Below, one piece after another: positions 41,529 through 52,226 of a stretch of DNA of 64,000 nucleotides. Source of the DNA: Hanamia sp. GTDB taxonomy: Bacteria > Bacteroidota > Bacteroidia > Chitinophagales > Chitinophagaceae. Numbering within the stretch: position 1 is the stretch's first letter; each line of letters begins with the position of its first letter. The translations under genes were made by a program, and so were the position numbers. The stretch spans positions 139,225 to 203,224 of the forward strand of contig CBDCJQ010000002.1 of assembly GCA_965217965.1 (NCBI GenBank), written 5' to 3'. A model generated the notes under the pieces. That model saw only the letters and a program-made list of their open reading frames with translations, did not search any database and was not told where the DNA came from.

Positions 41529-42539
41529 ATGAATCAAAAAATAAAATTAGGAATACTTGATCAGTCAATTGTGCGGCAGGGAAGTACAGCAAGTGATGCT
41601 ATAAAAGAAACTATTGCAACGGTAAAGCTTGCGGAAGAATTAGGCTACAGCCGCTTTTGGATATCCGAGCATCACAACGCCGCTTCCATTGCCGGCTCTA
41701 CGCCGGAGGTATTAATGGTGAAGCTGGCTGACGTTACCCATAAGATACGCATTGGCTCTGGCGGGATAATGCTGCCCAATCACAGCGCCTTTAAAGTCGC
41801 AGAAAATTTTAGAATGCTGGAAACACTTTTTCCGGGCCGCATTGATCTGGGAATGGGCCGGGCGCCTGGCAGCGATCGCATTACAGCGGCAATATTAAAT
41901 CCGTCAAATGATTTTAGCGAAGATAGCTACCTGACGCAATTGGCACACCTGCAACATTTTTTTAATGATACTGCCGGCACAAGCTATGGCGGCCTGCTTG
42001 CCGTGCCACAAGCAGAGAGCATACCGGAGCAGTGGATATTAAGCAGCAGCGGCGGAAGCGCCAATATAGCGGCACAGTTTGGAATGGGGCTGGCTATCGC
42101 CCGGTTCATCAATGGCAATGCTATGCCTGGCATAGTAGAAACATACCGTAAAAACTTCAAGTCTTCACAGCAATTTCTTCAGCCAAGAGCCATACTTTCC
42201 ATATCAGTGCTTTGCGGTGAAACCGAAGAAGAAGCCAGGAAGATGCGAAAGTTAATGGACTATCGCTTGCTTCAATTTGAGAGAGGAAATTTTGATAAGC
42301 CCGGCAGTTTTGAATCTATTAAAGACTACGTTTTTTCTGACTCGGAGCTTGCACGAATTTCTCATAACAGTGGCCGGGTGGTTTCCGGTACAAAAGATGA
42401 CGCGAAGGAACAACTAACTAAGTTGGCAAATGATTTTGGCGTTGATGAAATAATAGTAGCTACAATGACAGATAGCGAAGCAAGCCGGCGCAGGTCTTTC
42501 GAATTGCTTGCTGAGGCATTTAAGCTTGAAAAAATATAG
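41529..42539 (+). CDS. LLM class flavin-dependent oxidoreductase
   Basis: RFWISEHH, IRIGSGGIMLPNH, PGRIDLGMGRAPG. Confidence 0.93.
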   Translation: MNQKIKLGILDQSIVRQGSTASDAIKETIATVKLAEELGYSRFWISEHHNAASIAGSTPEVLMVKLADVTHKIRIGSGGIMLPNHSAFKVAENFRMLETLFPGRIDLGMGRAPGSDRITAAILNPSNDFSEDSYLTQLAHLQHFFNDTAGTSYGGLLAVPQAESIPEQWILSSSGGSANIAAQFGMGLAIARFINGNAMPGIVETYRKNFKSSQQFLQPRAILSISVLCGETEEEARKMRKLMDYRLLQFERGNFDKPGSFESIKDYVFSDSELARISHNSGRVVSGTKDDAKEQLTKLANDFGVDEIIVATMTDSEASRRRSFELLAEAFKLEKI

Positions 42540-42669
42540 AAAGTTTACAAATATACAAAGCAAATTATTCCTTCTAATGGCGTTTTCGTCCCGATAGCTA
42601 TCGTCGAAAGCTTATCGGGACATGATGCTCCAATGATATTGCTGCTTAAACACTTTGGGTACAGGGCAA

Positions 42670-42946
42670 TATTTTTCTGCAAAAGCATTCCTTTCTTACA
42701 TTGCCTTTTCGGATAAACTCAATTTCAATACCTGATTCAACGGCTATTTTTTCTGCATTCTGTTTTAAGGCCTCCCTATAAGACCGGCAATTTTGCATAG
42801 TCAAATATGCGGTATTTTTGATACATGTACGCTATTAAATGGCCCGAGTTACTTAATACCGGCAAGGTGCCTGTAATAACTATACGGTCGTAACAGCTAA
42901 TTATACCGTTTATTTTTTCCGAATACCTTTGTGTGCGTAGTTTCAT
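42670..42946 (-). pseudogene. 5' relic of a transposase-like gene
   Basis: MKLRTQRYSEKINGIISCYDRIVITGTLP..RIFDYAK, frameshift, YREALKQNAEKIAVESGIEIEFIRK; family recalled, not verified. Confidence 0.6.
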
Positions 42947-43124
42947 AAGAAAAGCAAATTACTAACTTTCCTTTTTGGCTCCGGCTTGTCCGGCTTATGA
43001 ATTTCAATTCATAGTAGAAAATAAAAATTCTTTTCTTACTTTTGCTGCCCTTTCACAAACAGCGGGGATGGTGCCCGGCTGATGAACTGAAAAATAATTT
43101 TTATAAAAGGAAAAAAATAATACA

Positions 43125-43292
43125 ATGCCAGGTAAAAAACGCACATATCAGCCGCACAAGCGCAGACGCAAAAGCGTTCATGGATTCAGACAGCGCATGG
43201 CTACAGCAAATGGCCGTAAGGTATTAGCAAGCCGCAGGAGAAAAGGGCGCCATAAGCTTTCAGTTTCTGATGAGCACGGAAGTAAAAAATAA
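43125..43292 (+). CDS. rpmH: 50S ribosomal protein L34 (missing from ORF track)
   Basis: [41 protein letters not shown]. Confidence 0.97.
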   Translation: MPGKKRTYQPHKRRRKSVHGFRQRMATANGRKVLASRRRKGRHKLSVSDEHGSKK

Positions 43293-43314
43293 ACTTTCAA
43301 TCATATAATTATAT

Positions 43315-43345
43315 AATAGCCTCGTTTACGGGGCTATTTTTTTTA
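43315..43345 (+). terminator. Intrinsic terminator after rpmH
   Basis: AATAGCCTCG-TTTA-CGGGGCTATT followed by a T-run. Confidence 0.75.
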
Positions 43346-43390
43346 ATTTTATAAGATAGGTGCTTACAAAACCAAAATAAAAGCCACGAA

Positions 43391-43411
43391 CCTGCCTGTC
43401 GGGCAGACAGG
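43391..43411. repeat. Short palindromic element (family A)
   Basis: CCTGCCTGTCGGGCAGACAGG; relatives at 22768, 60505, 61000. Confidence 0.75.
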
Positions 43412-43530
43412 TTGCATGGATTAACACGAATTTTTTAAATGTTTTTTTAGATCGCAATTCCTTTTTTTGATAAATACAAGTAAAAAGCCGAAGCCTGTAA
43501 TTTTAAATTCAACCCATCATTTCCTTTTTC

Positions 43531-43929
43531 ATGATTCAGCAAAGACTTACACTCCGGCCATTTGAAAAGCTCAAAAGCAGGAAGCTGATTGACCGGGTTT
43601 TTAAAGAAGGAAAATCTTTTAATGAGTTTCCCTTTAGGATGATATATCTTTTTGCTGAAGGCAATGCCTCTTATTTACAGGCAGGCTTCGCCGTTAGTAG
43701 TAAAACTTTTAAGCGGGCTGTTGATAGAAATAGAATTAAGCGATTGATGCGGGAAGCTTATCGCCTTCAAAAAAACTCTCTGCAAAAAATACTAGAAGAA
43801 AAACAAATAAGTCTCGTGGTATTTATTGTTTTTACCGGGAAAGAGTTACCGGTATTTGTCTATACAAAAGAAAGGATACAAAGCTTGCTTCGGCGGTTAG
43901 AGCAAATGATCAATGCAGAGAAATTATGA
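43531..43929 (+). CDS. rnpA: Ribonuclease P protein component
   Basis: EKLKSRK, FAVSSKTFKRAVDRNRIKR (RNR motif), downstream of rpmH. Confidence 0.95.
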   Translation: MIQQRLTLRPFEKLKSRKLIDRVFKEGKSFNEFPFRMIYLFAEGNASYLQAGFAVSSKTFKRAVDRNRIKRLMREAYRLQKNSLQKILEEKQISLVVFIVFTGKELPVFVYTKERIQSLLRRLEQMINAEKL

Positions 43930-44032
43930 GGAACTTTTGGAAAGCTTAGCAGATACCTTAGAATTTTAGATACTTCAAAAAAAGTTTTCCAAAAGTTTAG
44001 AAAACCGAACGAAAGTCCAAAGACAATTTCTC

Positions 44033-44851
44033 TCATAAAAAAAGATCAGTGTAAAGCTTACCACCGGGCACTACAGCATATTTTTCTAAATCTGTAATTC
44101 CTTCCGCAGCCAATACTTCCTCATCTATAAAGCAATTGCCGGTGCATTCGTTGGCAGGTTTTCTTAATATATAGTATGCGGCATCAGCAATTATTTCCGG
44201 CGTCCGGCTCATACTTATTAGCGTTTCCCCGCCAAGTAAATTTTTCACAGCAGCAGTAGCGATCGTAGTTTTCGGCCACAAGGTATTTGCGGCGATTTTA
44301 TATTTCTTTAACTCACCGGCCAACCCCAGGGCAATCATGGTCATATCATATTTGCTCATCGTGTAAGCAAGATGGTTAGTAAACCATTTTTTATCAAGAT
44401 TGATTGGTGGCGAGAGATTTAATATATGCGCATTGTCACCATTTTTTAAATGCGGGATGCAAGCCTTGCTTACAAAAAAAGTTCCTTTTACATTTATATC
44501 GTGCATTAGGGCAAAAGCTTTATTTTCTGTCTGTTCCGTTTTGGAAAGAGAGATGGCAGAAGCATTGTTTATAAGAATATCAATGCCGCTAAATTCAGCC
44601 ACGCATTTATCCACGGCATTTTGTATTTGCTCCGGGAAACGAATATCGCATTGCACCGGCAGTGCCTTGCCGCCCGCCTCTTCTATTTCTTTAGCAGCGC
44701 TGAAAATGGTACCGCCCAGCTTTGGATTTTCTTCAATTGACTTTGCGGCGATAAGAATATTGGCGCCATCTGCGGCCAGCCTGAGCGCTATAGCTTTTCC
44801 GATACCCCTTGAAGCGCCGGTAATAAAGACGGTTTTATTTTTAAAATTCAT
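44033..44851 (-). CDS. Short-chain dehydrogenase (HSDL2-like)
   Basis: TGASRGIG, NNAS, YTMSK, LWPKTTIAT. Confidence 0.92.
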   Translation of the reverse strand: MNFKNKTVFITGASRGIGKAIALRLAADGANILIAAKSIEENPKLGGTIFSAAKEIEEAGGKALPVQCDIRFPEQIQNAVDKCVAEFSGIDILINNASAISLSKTEQTENKAFALMHDINVKGTFFVSKACIPHLKNGDNAHILNLSPPINLDKKWFTNHLAYTMSKYDMTMIALGLAGELKKYKIAANTLWPKTTIATAAVKNLLGGETLISMSRTPEIIADAAYYILRKPANECTGNCFIDEEVLAAEGITDLEKYAVVPGGKLYTDLFL

Positions 44852-44964
44852 AATAGATTTTTATAAACAGAATTTGCGGCAACGGTTAATATTACAAAAC
44901 AATGATCAAATTGTTCATAGCATTGGGTGCATTTAAAAGCGCAGCCAAGCTGGCATTTATATAA

Positions 44965-47900
44965 TTATCTTGCTGCTACTATATCTTTCACACTGCCTGT
45001 GCGCTTCAGTGCGCCCCAGCCCTGTATTTCACCTTTTATAGCTTTATTGAAAGACTTGATAAGGATATAATACATAAGCTGCCGGTAAATTAATCGCTGC
45101 GGTATCATCCATAAAAGCTTCATGTAATTTTCTTTCTCATACGCAAAGGCAAGCGCTGCGCCGGCAATATCTATAAAGCTAAAAATAATATAGTAGAAAA
45201 TGATGTGTGATATGCTCGCCATGATGATGCCGAAGGAAGCTGCGATTAAACTAACTACAAGTATCAGGTCTGCTAAAGGCGCCAGTATGGGCAAAATCAT
45301 TTGATAGATCAAAATATTCGGCATCGCTACCATGCCAAAATTTTTATACCGCGGATTGAAAACAGTATCACGATGTTTCCAAAAGCATTGCATTACTCCA
45401 AAACTCCACCTGAATCTTTGCTTTAAAAACTGCCTGAAAGTTTCCGGCGCTTCGGTATAAGAAATGGCATTTGTACAATTTCTTATCTCATATCCATTAC
45501 GATGTATCCGCATGGTAAGGTCACAGTCTTCGGCTAGTGTATCCATAGTGAATCCGCCAGACACAAGTATGGCATCTTTCTTAAAGGCGCCGATAGCCCC
45601 CGGTATAACTGTAATGCAATTCAGCAGGTCAAATGCCCGCCTGTCAAAGTTTTGAGAAGTGATGTACTCAATACTTTGCCAGCGGGTAATCATATTTACC
45701 TGGTTGCCTACTTTTACATTGCCGGCTACGGCGGCTACATTTTCTTTATCAAACTTTTTCATTAATTCAGTTACGGCATCAGTTTTAAGTTGCGTGTCTG
45801 CATCAATACAAACTACAAAGCCGGCGCTGCATTTTTGAATACCAAAATTTAAAGCAGAGGCTTTGCCACCATTTGTTTTGGTATATACCTGTACCCTGGG
45901 ATTAGATGAAAAGTGCGAAAAAGTTTTTTTATAAGTATCATCTTTACTGCCATCGTCAACAAAAATAATTTCCAGCTGAGGGTAATCCTGCGCCAGCAAG
46001 CTGTTTATTGTGCGTTCAGCATTTACCTCTTCGTTGTAGGCGGGTATAATTATGCTTACTAACGGCCAGGTAGCTTTGCTGCCGCTTAACAATGCCGGCA
46101 GCGCTTGCAAGGCGGCGGCTTTGCCTTCCTTATTTTTTTGAATACTTGCAAGCGCTGCCATTAGTATGATGCGCCCTACTGATAAAAGAATTCCTATCAG
46201 GAAAAGTGAAAACAGGATCTGTCCGCTCCAATAGCCGGCTTCAGCCAGGAAGAAATTAAACTTCCGCGTCCACCTGTCGCGGGAGGAGGCAACCCTCGGC
46301 ATTACTTCCTCTTTCGTTTTGCCCATCAGGTCTGCAACCGTGGTAAATACAAAGCCGCGTTTCTTAAAATAATCGATTATCTGCGGAAGGGCGTCAACAG
46401 TGGCTTGCCGGGTTTCTCCGCCGGCATCATGCAATAAAATAATACTTGCGTTGCCTTCTGCTTCCTGCCTTATTACCCGTTGCACAATACTATCAGCGCT
46501 TACACCCGGCGCCCAGTCATTAGGATCAATGCTTTCATTAATGGTTAAATAATTTTCGCTGCGGCTGCGTTCAATCGGCGCCAGTTCCTCAAAAGTTTGT
46601 GGCTGCGAATCGGCATTGTAAGGCGCCCTGAATAAGATAGTGGAGTGACCGGTAATACTTTCAATAAGCAGGCGGGTAAGTTTCATTTCAAGCGCCGCCC
46701 GCTGCATACTCATGTCAGCAATATTGTGGTGGGTAAAAGTATGGTTTCCGATTTCAAAACCGTCTTTATAAATTCTTTGCAGAATCGGAATATTTTGCTC
46801 TGCCTGTATTCCCACAACAAAAAAAGTAGCAGGCACTTTTTCCCTTTCTAAAATATCAAGAATTTTTGGGGTAAAAGCTGCGCTTGGCCCATCATCAAAG
46901 GTAAGAATCAGCTTATGCCCTTTTCCCTCGACAGTGTCTTCAGCAAATTTCTGTATCACATACCCCGATGGAAGCTGAGCATAATGCTGCTCCGCAATTA
47001 GCTGCTCTGAGCTATCAATCTCCAGGTTTATTTTTCCCGGCTGCGGTGAATATATAATATCCAGCACCTCGCCTTCTCCTTCAAAGCCGACATTGTTTTG
47101 TATGACGGAAATGTTTTTAAGTAAATCAAAATCAAAAGGTGTTTTCTGTAAAGAACTGTTATTTAACGGCCGGTTGTAGTACGTCCACATTCTTTGATCT
47201 TCGCTGCCCAGTCTCCACAAGGCAGTACCAGCCGTAGGAAATTCATCACTCAAGCGTAAAATATTAAAAGTAGTGGCTGCATCAGTGAACCATATTTCAT
47301 GTTGTGTTTTATCAATATTGCCGGAAGAATCCTTTTCTTCAGAAGTATAATCAAAATGGAGATTGTAAGAATCATTATCATAAATAATGTTTGCATTAAT
47401 GGATTTAGCTTTATTTATCGCATCGTTATAAGTGTCGGTTGCATCGTATTTCCCATTTGCCCAATCGTACCCAAAACTTCCAAGACCAAGAATTATTTTT
47501 GAGGGATCAATTCTTTCCGCCGTCCATGATACCGCATCTTCTATCCATTTCTGCGCACTTATTGGGCCGGGGCCGGTGGAATTATTGTACTGGTCATAAG
47601 CCATTAAAACTATATAATCATTGTAGGCTGATAACTTCGTATAATCGTAATCGTTATTCTTTGGCTCGACATCCATAGTTACCAACAAACCTTTTGCATG
47701 AAGCGCTTCATACAGCTTTTCCTGAAAAACAGTAAGCGGTCCATTCGTCTTTTCTATCAGCTCTTCAAAATCTATATTTATCCCATTTAATTTATAATAA
47801 GAAAGCGTGTCTGTTACCTGTTGAATTAAATGATTTTCGATAATAGAATCGCTTAATATCTTGTGCAGCAATTTTCCATCAAAGCCTGCAGCTTGTGATC

Positions 47901-48444
47901 TGAAATTGGAAAGCATCGGTATAATGCGTAGTTGTTTTTGTTTCATCAGCGCAAGCCCGGCGCTATCAATACTCGTTTGAAGACGATAGGTTAGCGTATC
48001 AATAAAAAACCATTCGGGAAATATAGTATTGAGCTTAGAAGCATATTTTTGCAGATCAGGGTAAGAGGTAGTACCTGTCCATGGCGTATAAAATGCTGCA
48101 CGTATCAAGGAAAGTGAATTAGCTTTGGAAGCCCCCTTCACTGTTGCGTTTTTTAGTGAATCTGTTTTTAGTTTTTTAAACAAAAAATCTTTAAATCCTT
48201 TGAAGCGTGTGTTTTGTGCGTTCTTTAAAACTAATGGATTAGATGGGTCCAACGTTGTTTTAAATTCTTTCGCCTTCGCCTCCATATTGGGTAAATTAGG
48301 CAGCGACCCACTGTACAAAGCAATACCCAACACCACAAAAAAAAAGACCCCAACTATTGCCAGGATGCGGGACGTCCACTGTACGCTTTTCCAACGGGTA
48401 GGCTTATTTGTTTGAAATATCTGGGAAGGTTTATCGTCCGTCAT
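44965..48444 (-). CDS. GH18 + polysaccharide deacetylase + GT2 fusion
   Basis: GINIDFE (GH18), LTFDDGP/GNHTFTH/LLHD (NodB), DDGSKD/DADT/AEDCD/QRFRW (processive GT2). Confidence 0.92.
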   Translation of the reverse strand: MTDDKPSQIFQTNKPTRWKSVQWTSRILAIVGVFFFVVLGIALYSGSLPNLPNMEAKAKEFKTTLDPSNPLVLKNAQNTRFKGFKDFLFKKLKTDSLKNATVKGASKANSLSLIRAAFYTPWTGTTSYPDLQKYASKLNTIFPEWFFIDTLTYRLQTSIDSAGLALMKQKQLRIIPMLSNFRSQAAGFDGKLLHKILSDSIIENHLIQQVTDTLSYYKLNGINIDFEELIEKTNGPLTVFQEKLYEALHAKGLLVTMDVEPKNNDYDYTKLSAYNDYIVLMAYDQYNNSTGPGPISAQKWIEDAVSWTAERIDPSKIILGLGSFGYDWANGKYDATDTYNDAINKAKSINANIIYDNDSYNLHFDYTSEEKDSSGNIDKTQHEIWFTDAATTFNILRLSDEFPTAGTALWRLGSEDQRMWTYYNRPLNNSSLQKTPFDFDLLKNISVIQNNVGFEGEGEVLDIIYSPQPGKINLEIDSSEQLIAEQHYAQLPSGYVIQKFAEDTVEGKGHKLILTFDDGPSAAFTPKILDILEREKVPATFFVVGIQAEQNIPILQRIYKDGFEIGNHTFTHHNIADMSMQRAALEMKLTRLLIESITGHSTILFRAPYNADSQPQTFEELAPIERSRSENYLTINESIDPNDWAPGVSADSIVQRVIRQEAEGNASIILLHDAGGETRQATVDALPQIIDYFKKRGFVFTTVADLMGKTKEEVMPRVASSRDRWTRKFNFFLAEAGYWSGQILFSLFLIGILLSVGRIILMAALASIQKNKEGKAAALQALPALLSGSKATWPLVSIIIPAYNEEVNAERTINSLLAQDYPQLEIIFVDDGSKDDTYKKTFSHFSSNPRVQVYTKTNGGKASALNFGIQKCSAGFVVCIDADTQLKTDAVTELMKKFDKENVAAVAGNVKVGNQVNMITRWQSIEYITSQNFDRRAFDLLNCITVIPGAIGAFKKDAILVSGGFTMDTLAEDCDLTMRIHRNGYEIRNCTNAISYTEAPETFRQFLKQRFRWSFGVMQCFWKHRDTVFNPRYKNFGMVAMPNILIYQMILPILAPLADLILVVSLIAASFGIIMASISHIIFYYIIFSFIDIAGAALAFAYEKENYMKLLWMIPQRLIYRQLMYYILIKSFNKAIKGEIQGWGALKRTGSVKDIVAAR

Positions 48445-48542
48445 TCTGAAGCATTCTCATTTTAATTCTGGCAAAGTTATACCCAGCAATCATTCAGTAC
48501 CTCTTCTTTAACTTTTCTATTTGTTCATTAGCCAAGGTGCAA

Positions 48543-48640
48543 AAGAAAGGCCCCTGTAGAAACAGGGGCCGTTTACCAAAACTAACTGCTTATGAGAAAA
48601 TTGACTTTTAAATCTAATTGATATAGATCTTTCAAATCAC
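48543..48640 (-). ncRNA. Candidate small RNA ending in a GGCCCCTGT/ACAGGGGCC terminator
   Basis: TAATTTTG (-7-like) at 48652-48645 on - strand, about 70 nt noncoding body, 9-bp hairpin 48549-48570, then U-rich tail. Confidence 0.35.
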
Positions 48641-48745
48641 ATGCCAAAATTATTACTTTTTGTGTTAAGGAAGTTTTAAGAAGCTCTTTCAATTTTGTTA
48701 TAACGCTGCTTCGATATATATATCTTTTAAGATAATTTTTTGCCG

Positions 48746-49807
48746 CTATTGATTGGTGAGTTTTTCGGAGTTTTCTGCAAACTGAAGTGCGTCAATAAAT
48801 TCCTGTAATTCCCCATTCAGTACATTATCGAGGTTATATACCGTAAGGCCGATACGGTGATCGGTTACTCTTCCCTGCGGAAAGTTATAGGTCCTTATTT
48901 TAGCAGAGCGGTCGCCCGTACTTACCAGGCTCTTGCGGTGCCGCGATATTTCTTCCTCCTGCCTGCGCACTTCTTCTTCATACAATTTTGTACGGATCAT
49001 TTGCATGGCTTTTTCCCGGTTGCCAAGCTGGCTCCTTTCCGTTTGGCATACTACCACAAGCCCGGTGGCAATATGGGTGAGCATCACTTTTGTTTCCACT
49101 TTATTTACATTCTGACCGCCTGCGCCACCGCTTCGTGCCGTCTCCATCTTCACATCACTATCCTTTACTTCTACATCCACCTCTTCTGCTTCGGGCATTA
49201 CTGCCACCGTGGCTGCACTTGTATGAACCCTGCCGCTGCCTTCGGTATCGGGCACGCGTTGTACGCGGTGCACGCCACTTTCAAATTTGAGTGTGCCATA
49301 CACATCCTCCCCGGTTACTTCTATCTGCACTTCTTTATAACCTCCCACGGTTCCTTCGCTTTCACTTAGCAAAGCGGTTTTCCATCCCTTCTGCTCACAA
49401 AATTTTAAATACATCCGCATCAGGTCACCTGCAAATAAAGAAGCTTCATCACCACCGGTGCCGGCTCTTATTTCTATGATAGCATTCTTCTCATCCTGCG
49501 GATCTTTTGGTATCAGCATATTGCGTATATGCTTTTCATACGTATCTTTTTTTTCAAGCAAAGCGGGTGATTCTTCCTTTGCCAATTCCCGCATTTCATC
49601 ATCATCACTATTAAGCATTTCTTTATTAAAATCAATATCATCAAGCGCTTTAGCATATAAGTTCCTTGCATCCATTATTTTTTCAAGGCTGCGGTATTCT
49701 TTGCTTAGCTGGCGATATTTGTTGTTGTCGTTTACTATTTCAGGGTTAGAAAGCGCTACACCCAATTCATCAAATCGTGCTTTTATTGCTTCAAGTTTGT
49801 CAAGCAT
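48746..49807 (-). CDS. prfA: Peptide chain release factor 1
   Basis: [34 protein letters not shown]. Confidence 0.97.
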   Translation of the reverse strand: MLDKLEAIKARFDELGVALSNPEIVNDNNKYRQLSKEYRSLEKIMDARNLYAKALDDIDFNKEMLNSDDDEMRELAKEESPALLEKKDTYEKHIRNMLIPKDPQDEKNAIIEIRAGTGGDEASLFAGDLMRMYLKFCEQKGWKTALLSESEGTVGGYKEVQIEVTGEDVYGTLKFESGVHRVQRVPDTEGSGRVHTSAATVAVMPEAEEVDVEVKDSDVKMETARSGGAGGQNVNKVETKVMLTHIATGLVVVCQTERSQLGNREKAMQMIRTKLYEEEVRRQEEEISRHRKSLVSTGDRSAKIRTYNFPQGRVTDHRIGLTVYNLDNVLNGELQEFIDALQFAENSEKLTNQ

Positions 49808-49916
49808 ATTCTATTATTTTGCATCCATTTATTCATCCGCTTTTAGGTTCCGTTTTCAATGGATGAACACTGCATATCTTCGCAGGGTTGGCAAAATTAA
49901 CTTATTAACTTTTTAC

Positions 49917-51092
49917 ATGGCATATCGAAAATTTAAAGCAGATCGTTTGTTCGACGGAATGGATTTACGGCAAAATGCTGTGCTTATCACTGACACCGCC
50001 GGAAAAATTATTGCTGTGGTGAACGGAGAAGAAGCCGGCGAAGAGTTCGAAATTTTAGAAGGGATTTTATCGCCCGGTTTCGTTAACACACACTGCCATC
50101 TTGAGTTATCTCATTTAAAAAATAAAATTCCGGAGAAAACCGGCCTTATTGAATTTGTTTACAAAGTCGTTACTGAACGCCACTTTCCTGAGGAAACAAT
50201 TTTAGATGCAATGCGCATGGGTGCGGATGAAATGGCTGAGAGCGGGATAGTCGCTGTGGGCGATATTTGCAATAATGTAATGTCTGCTTTGGTAAAAGAT
50301 AAGCAGGAAATTCAGTATTACAATTTTATTGAAGCAAGTGGCTGGAACCCACAAATGGCGGCAGAGAGATTTGAACGAAGCAGGAGTATTTATGACAAAT
50401 TTTTTGAAAAAGAAAAAAACGTTTCAATAGTTCCTCATGCGCCCTATTCTGTTTCTGAGGATTTATGGGAAAAAATTACCCCATATTTTTCGAAGAGAGT
50501 AGTGACTATCCACAATAAAGAAACGATCAATGAAGATGAATTTTTTTTAAATGGCTCAGGCGGATTGGCTAAAATGTATGAGATGATGAAAATTGATAAT
50601 GCATTTTATACGCCGCCCGGCACAGGTAGTGTGCCTTCTTATTTTGATAAACTATCATCCGCATCCTCTGTAATATTGGTGCACAATACTTTTATAGAGC
50701 AAGAAGATATTGACTTCATAAATAAGGTAAAGCCCTCACCACAACTCGTATCATTCTGCTTATGCCTTAATGCAAATATGTATATTGAAAATGCATTGCC
50801 ACCTGTTGATCTTCTACTGCACAATAAAGTAAATATAATTTTAGGCACAGACAGCCTTGCCTCAAATCACCAGCTAAATATATTGGAAGAGATAAAAACA
50901 ATTTTGAAAAACTTTCCTTCAATAAAAACTGAAACTTTATTAACCTGGGCGACATTGAATGGCGCTCAAGCTTTGCAAATGAATGATACGCTCGGAAGTT
51001 TTGAACCGGGAAAAAAGCCGGGGATTGTACTTATTGAAAATGTAAAAGAAGGAGTCATCCACAACACTTCAACTTCGAGAAGATTGTTGTAA
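49917..51092 (+). CDS. Amidohydrolase family protein
   Basis: PGFVNTHCHLELS (HxH), PHAPY, LGTDSLAS, GSFEPGKKPG; ATG 49917. Confidence 0.9.
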   Translation: MAYRKFKADRLFDGMDLRQNAVLITDTAGKIIAVVNGEEAGEEFEILEGILSPGFVNTHCHLELSHLKNKIPEKTGLIEFVYKVVTERHFPEETILDAMRMGADEMAESGIVAVGDICNNVMSALVKDKQEIQYYNFIEASGWNPQMAAERFERSRSIYDKFFEKEKNVSIVPHAPYSVSEDLWEKITPYFSKRVVTIHNKETINEDEFFLNGSGGLAKMYEMMKIDNAFYTPPGTGSVPSYFDKLSSASSVILVHNTFIEQEDIDFINKVKPSPQLVSFCLCLNANMYIENALPPVDLLLHNKVNIILGTDSLASNHQLNILEEIKTILKNFPSIKTETLLTWATLNGAQALQMNDTLGSFEPGKKPGIVLIENVKEGVIHNTSTSRRLL

Positions 51093-51135
51093 AAATCAGG
51101 TAAATAATTATAGCATAAAATAAAACTTACTTCAT

Positions 51136-51867
51136 TCAGCTTAATATTTCCTGCAGCACGGGTAATGTTTTCATCTTTCCAAATTCCGGGATATGATAGG
51201 CATAGTATTTTTCCATAACAGATAAAATAACCCGGCGGATATTTTTATTCAATTTTATTTCTGCAAGCTCAGATGGAAGGCGGCCTTTAAGTACTTCAGA
51301 GATATGCTTGCTTACCTCTGCGTTCACTATATCATCCTGCGCCGCGTCTATGTTTGCAAAGTTTCCCTCCCGGATATTGAAAATATTATTATTGGTTGAA
51401 TAATTATTTAACAGGCCGAAGCCAAAAAAATGCGCAAGCTGCATAGCAAAGAAAACAGGAAAATTAGCGGCTATTTCATTTTTACAGATATCAAGCTCAA
51501 GAAAAGCATCTTCGCAAAAATTAAATAGGTCCGTATTGGCTTCGGGTTGCTTAAGGCATTTATATAAAAGCTCAACCATGTAAAGCGCCACCCCATTTTT
51601 GGGCACATCGCTCAGTACATTTTTATACAGGCAAAGCCATCTCATTTCTTTTATGCGCTGCAGGTTTTTGAGGTCATTATGATATACCTGCATTTCCAGC
51701 AGGGAAGAAGGTTGAAAAAACTGCGCTTTGGGATTTTTGCTTTGCGTTCGCACGCCATTCACTATGTAAGATTGTATCCCGAAAAGTTCTGTAAATATGC
51801 TGGCAACAACTGACGTCTCGCCATATTTTATCGTGCGCAGCACAATGCCTTTTGTAGAGTGAACCAT
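51136..51867 (-). CDS. recO: DNA repair protein RecO
   Basis: TKGIVLRTIKYGETS..FTELFG. Confidence 0.93.
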   Translation of the reverse strand: MVHSTKGIVLRTIKYGETSVVASIFTELFGIQSYIVNGVRTQSKNPKAQFFQPSSLLEMQVYHNDLKNLQRIKEMRWLCLYKNVLSDVPKNGVALYMVELLYKCLKQPEANTDLFNFCEDAFLELDICKNEIAANFPVFFAMQLAHFFGFGLLNNYSTNNNIFNIREGNFANIDAAQDDIVNAEVSKHISEVLKGRLPSELAEIKLNKNIRRVILSVMEKYYAYHIPEFGKMKTLPVLQEILS

Positions 51868-52020
51868 AATAAATGCGCAGTAAAAATAAGGGTTTACCCG
51901 GTGCTAAATTCGGGCCATTATTCAAATGCTTTTCTATAAAGTATTTGAGGCTTTTTTAAAAGATTGCCTGCAAACTCGGGGCTCCTTACCAAAATGTTAC
52001 TTACCTGAAAAAAATAACCC

Positions 52021-52180
52021 ATGGAAGACAAGAAAACAAGAGCAAAAAAATTAGAAGAAGAAGGCGGAAGCGGTATGCTGCAATCAGATCCCGAAACGCT
52101 TCACACACCTGACCCCGCAGGAGCACATGGAAGGGTGCTCTCTGATACATGGGCTCGCGGAAGATTTTGATGATAAATAA
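52021..52180 (+). pseudogene. Small stress-type gene with a probable 1-nt frameshift
   Basis: QSDPETLHTPDP then QEHMEG..DFDDK* in the next frame. Confidence 0.45.
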
Positions 52181-52226
52181 GCCAAAAAAAATTAAAGAAG
52201 AAGGGTAAAATTATTTCTTACCCTCT

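Noticed and set aside
43042-43227. 61-aa ORF in the track
   Set aside because: Off-frame shadow of rpmH (43125-43292)
49458-49916. N-terminal extension of the amidohydrolase
   Set aside because: Mostly antisense to prfA; family similarity starts at ATG 49917
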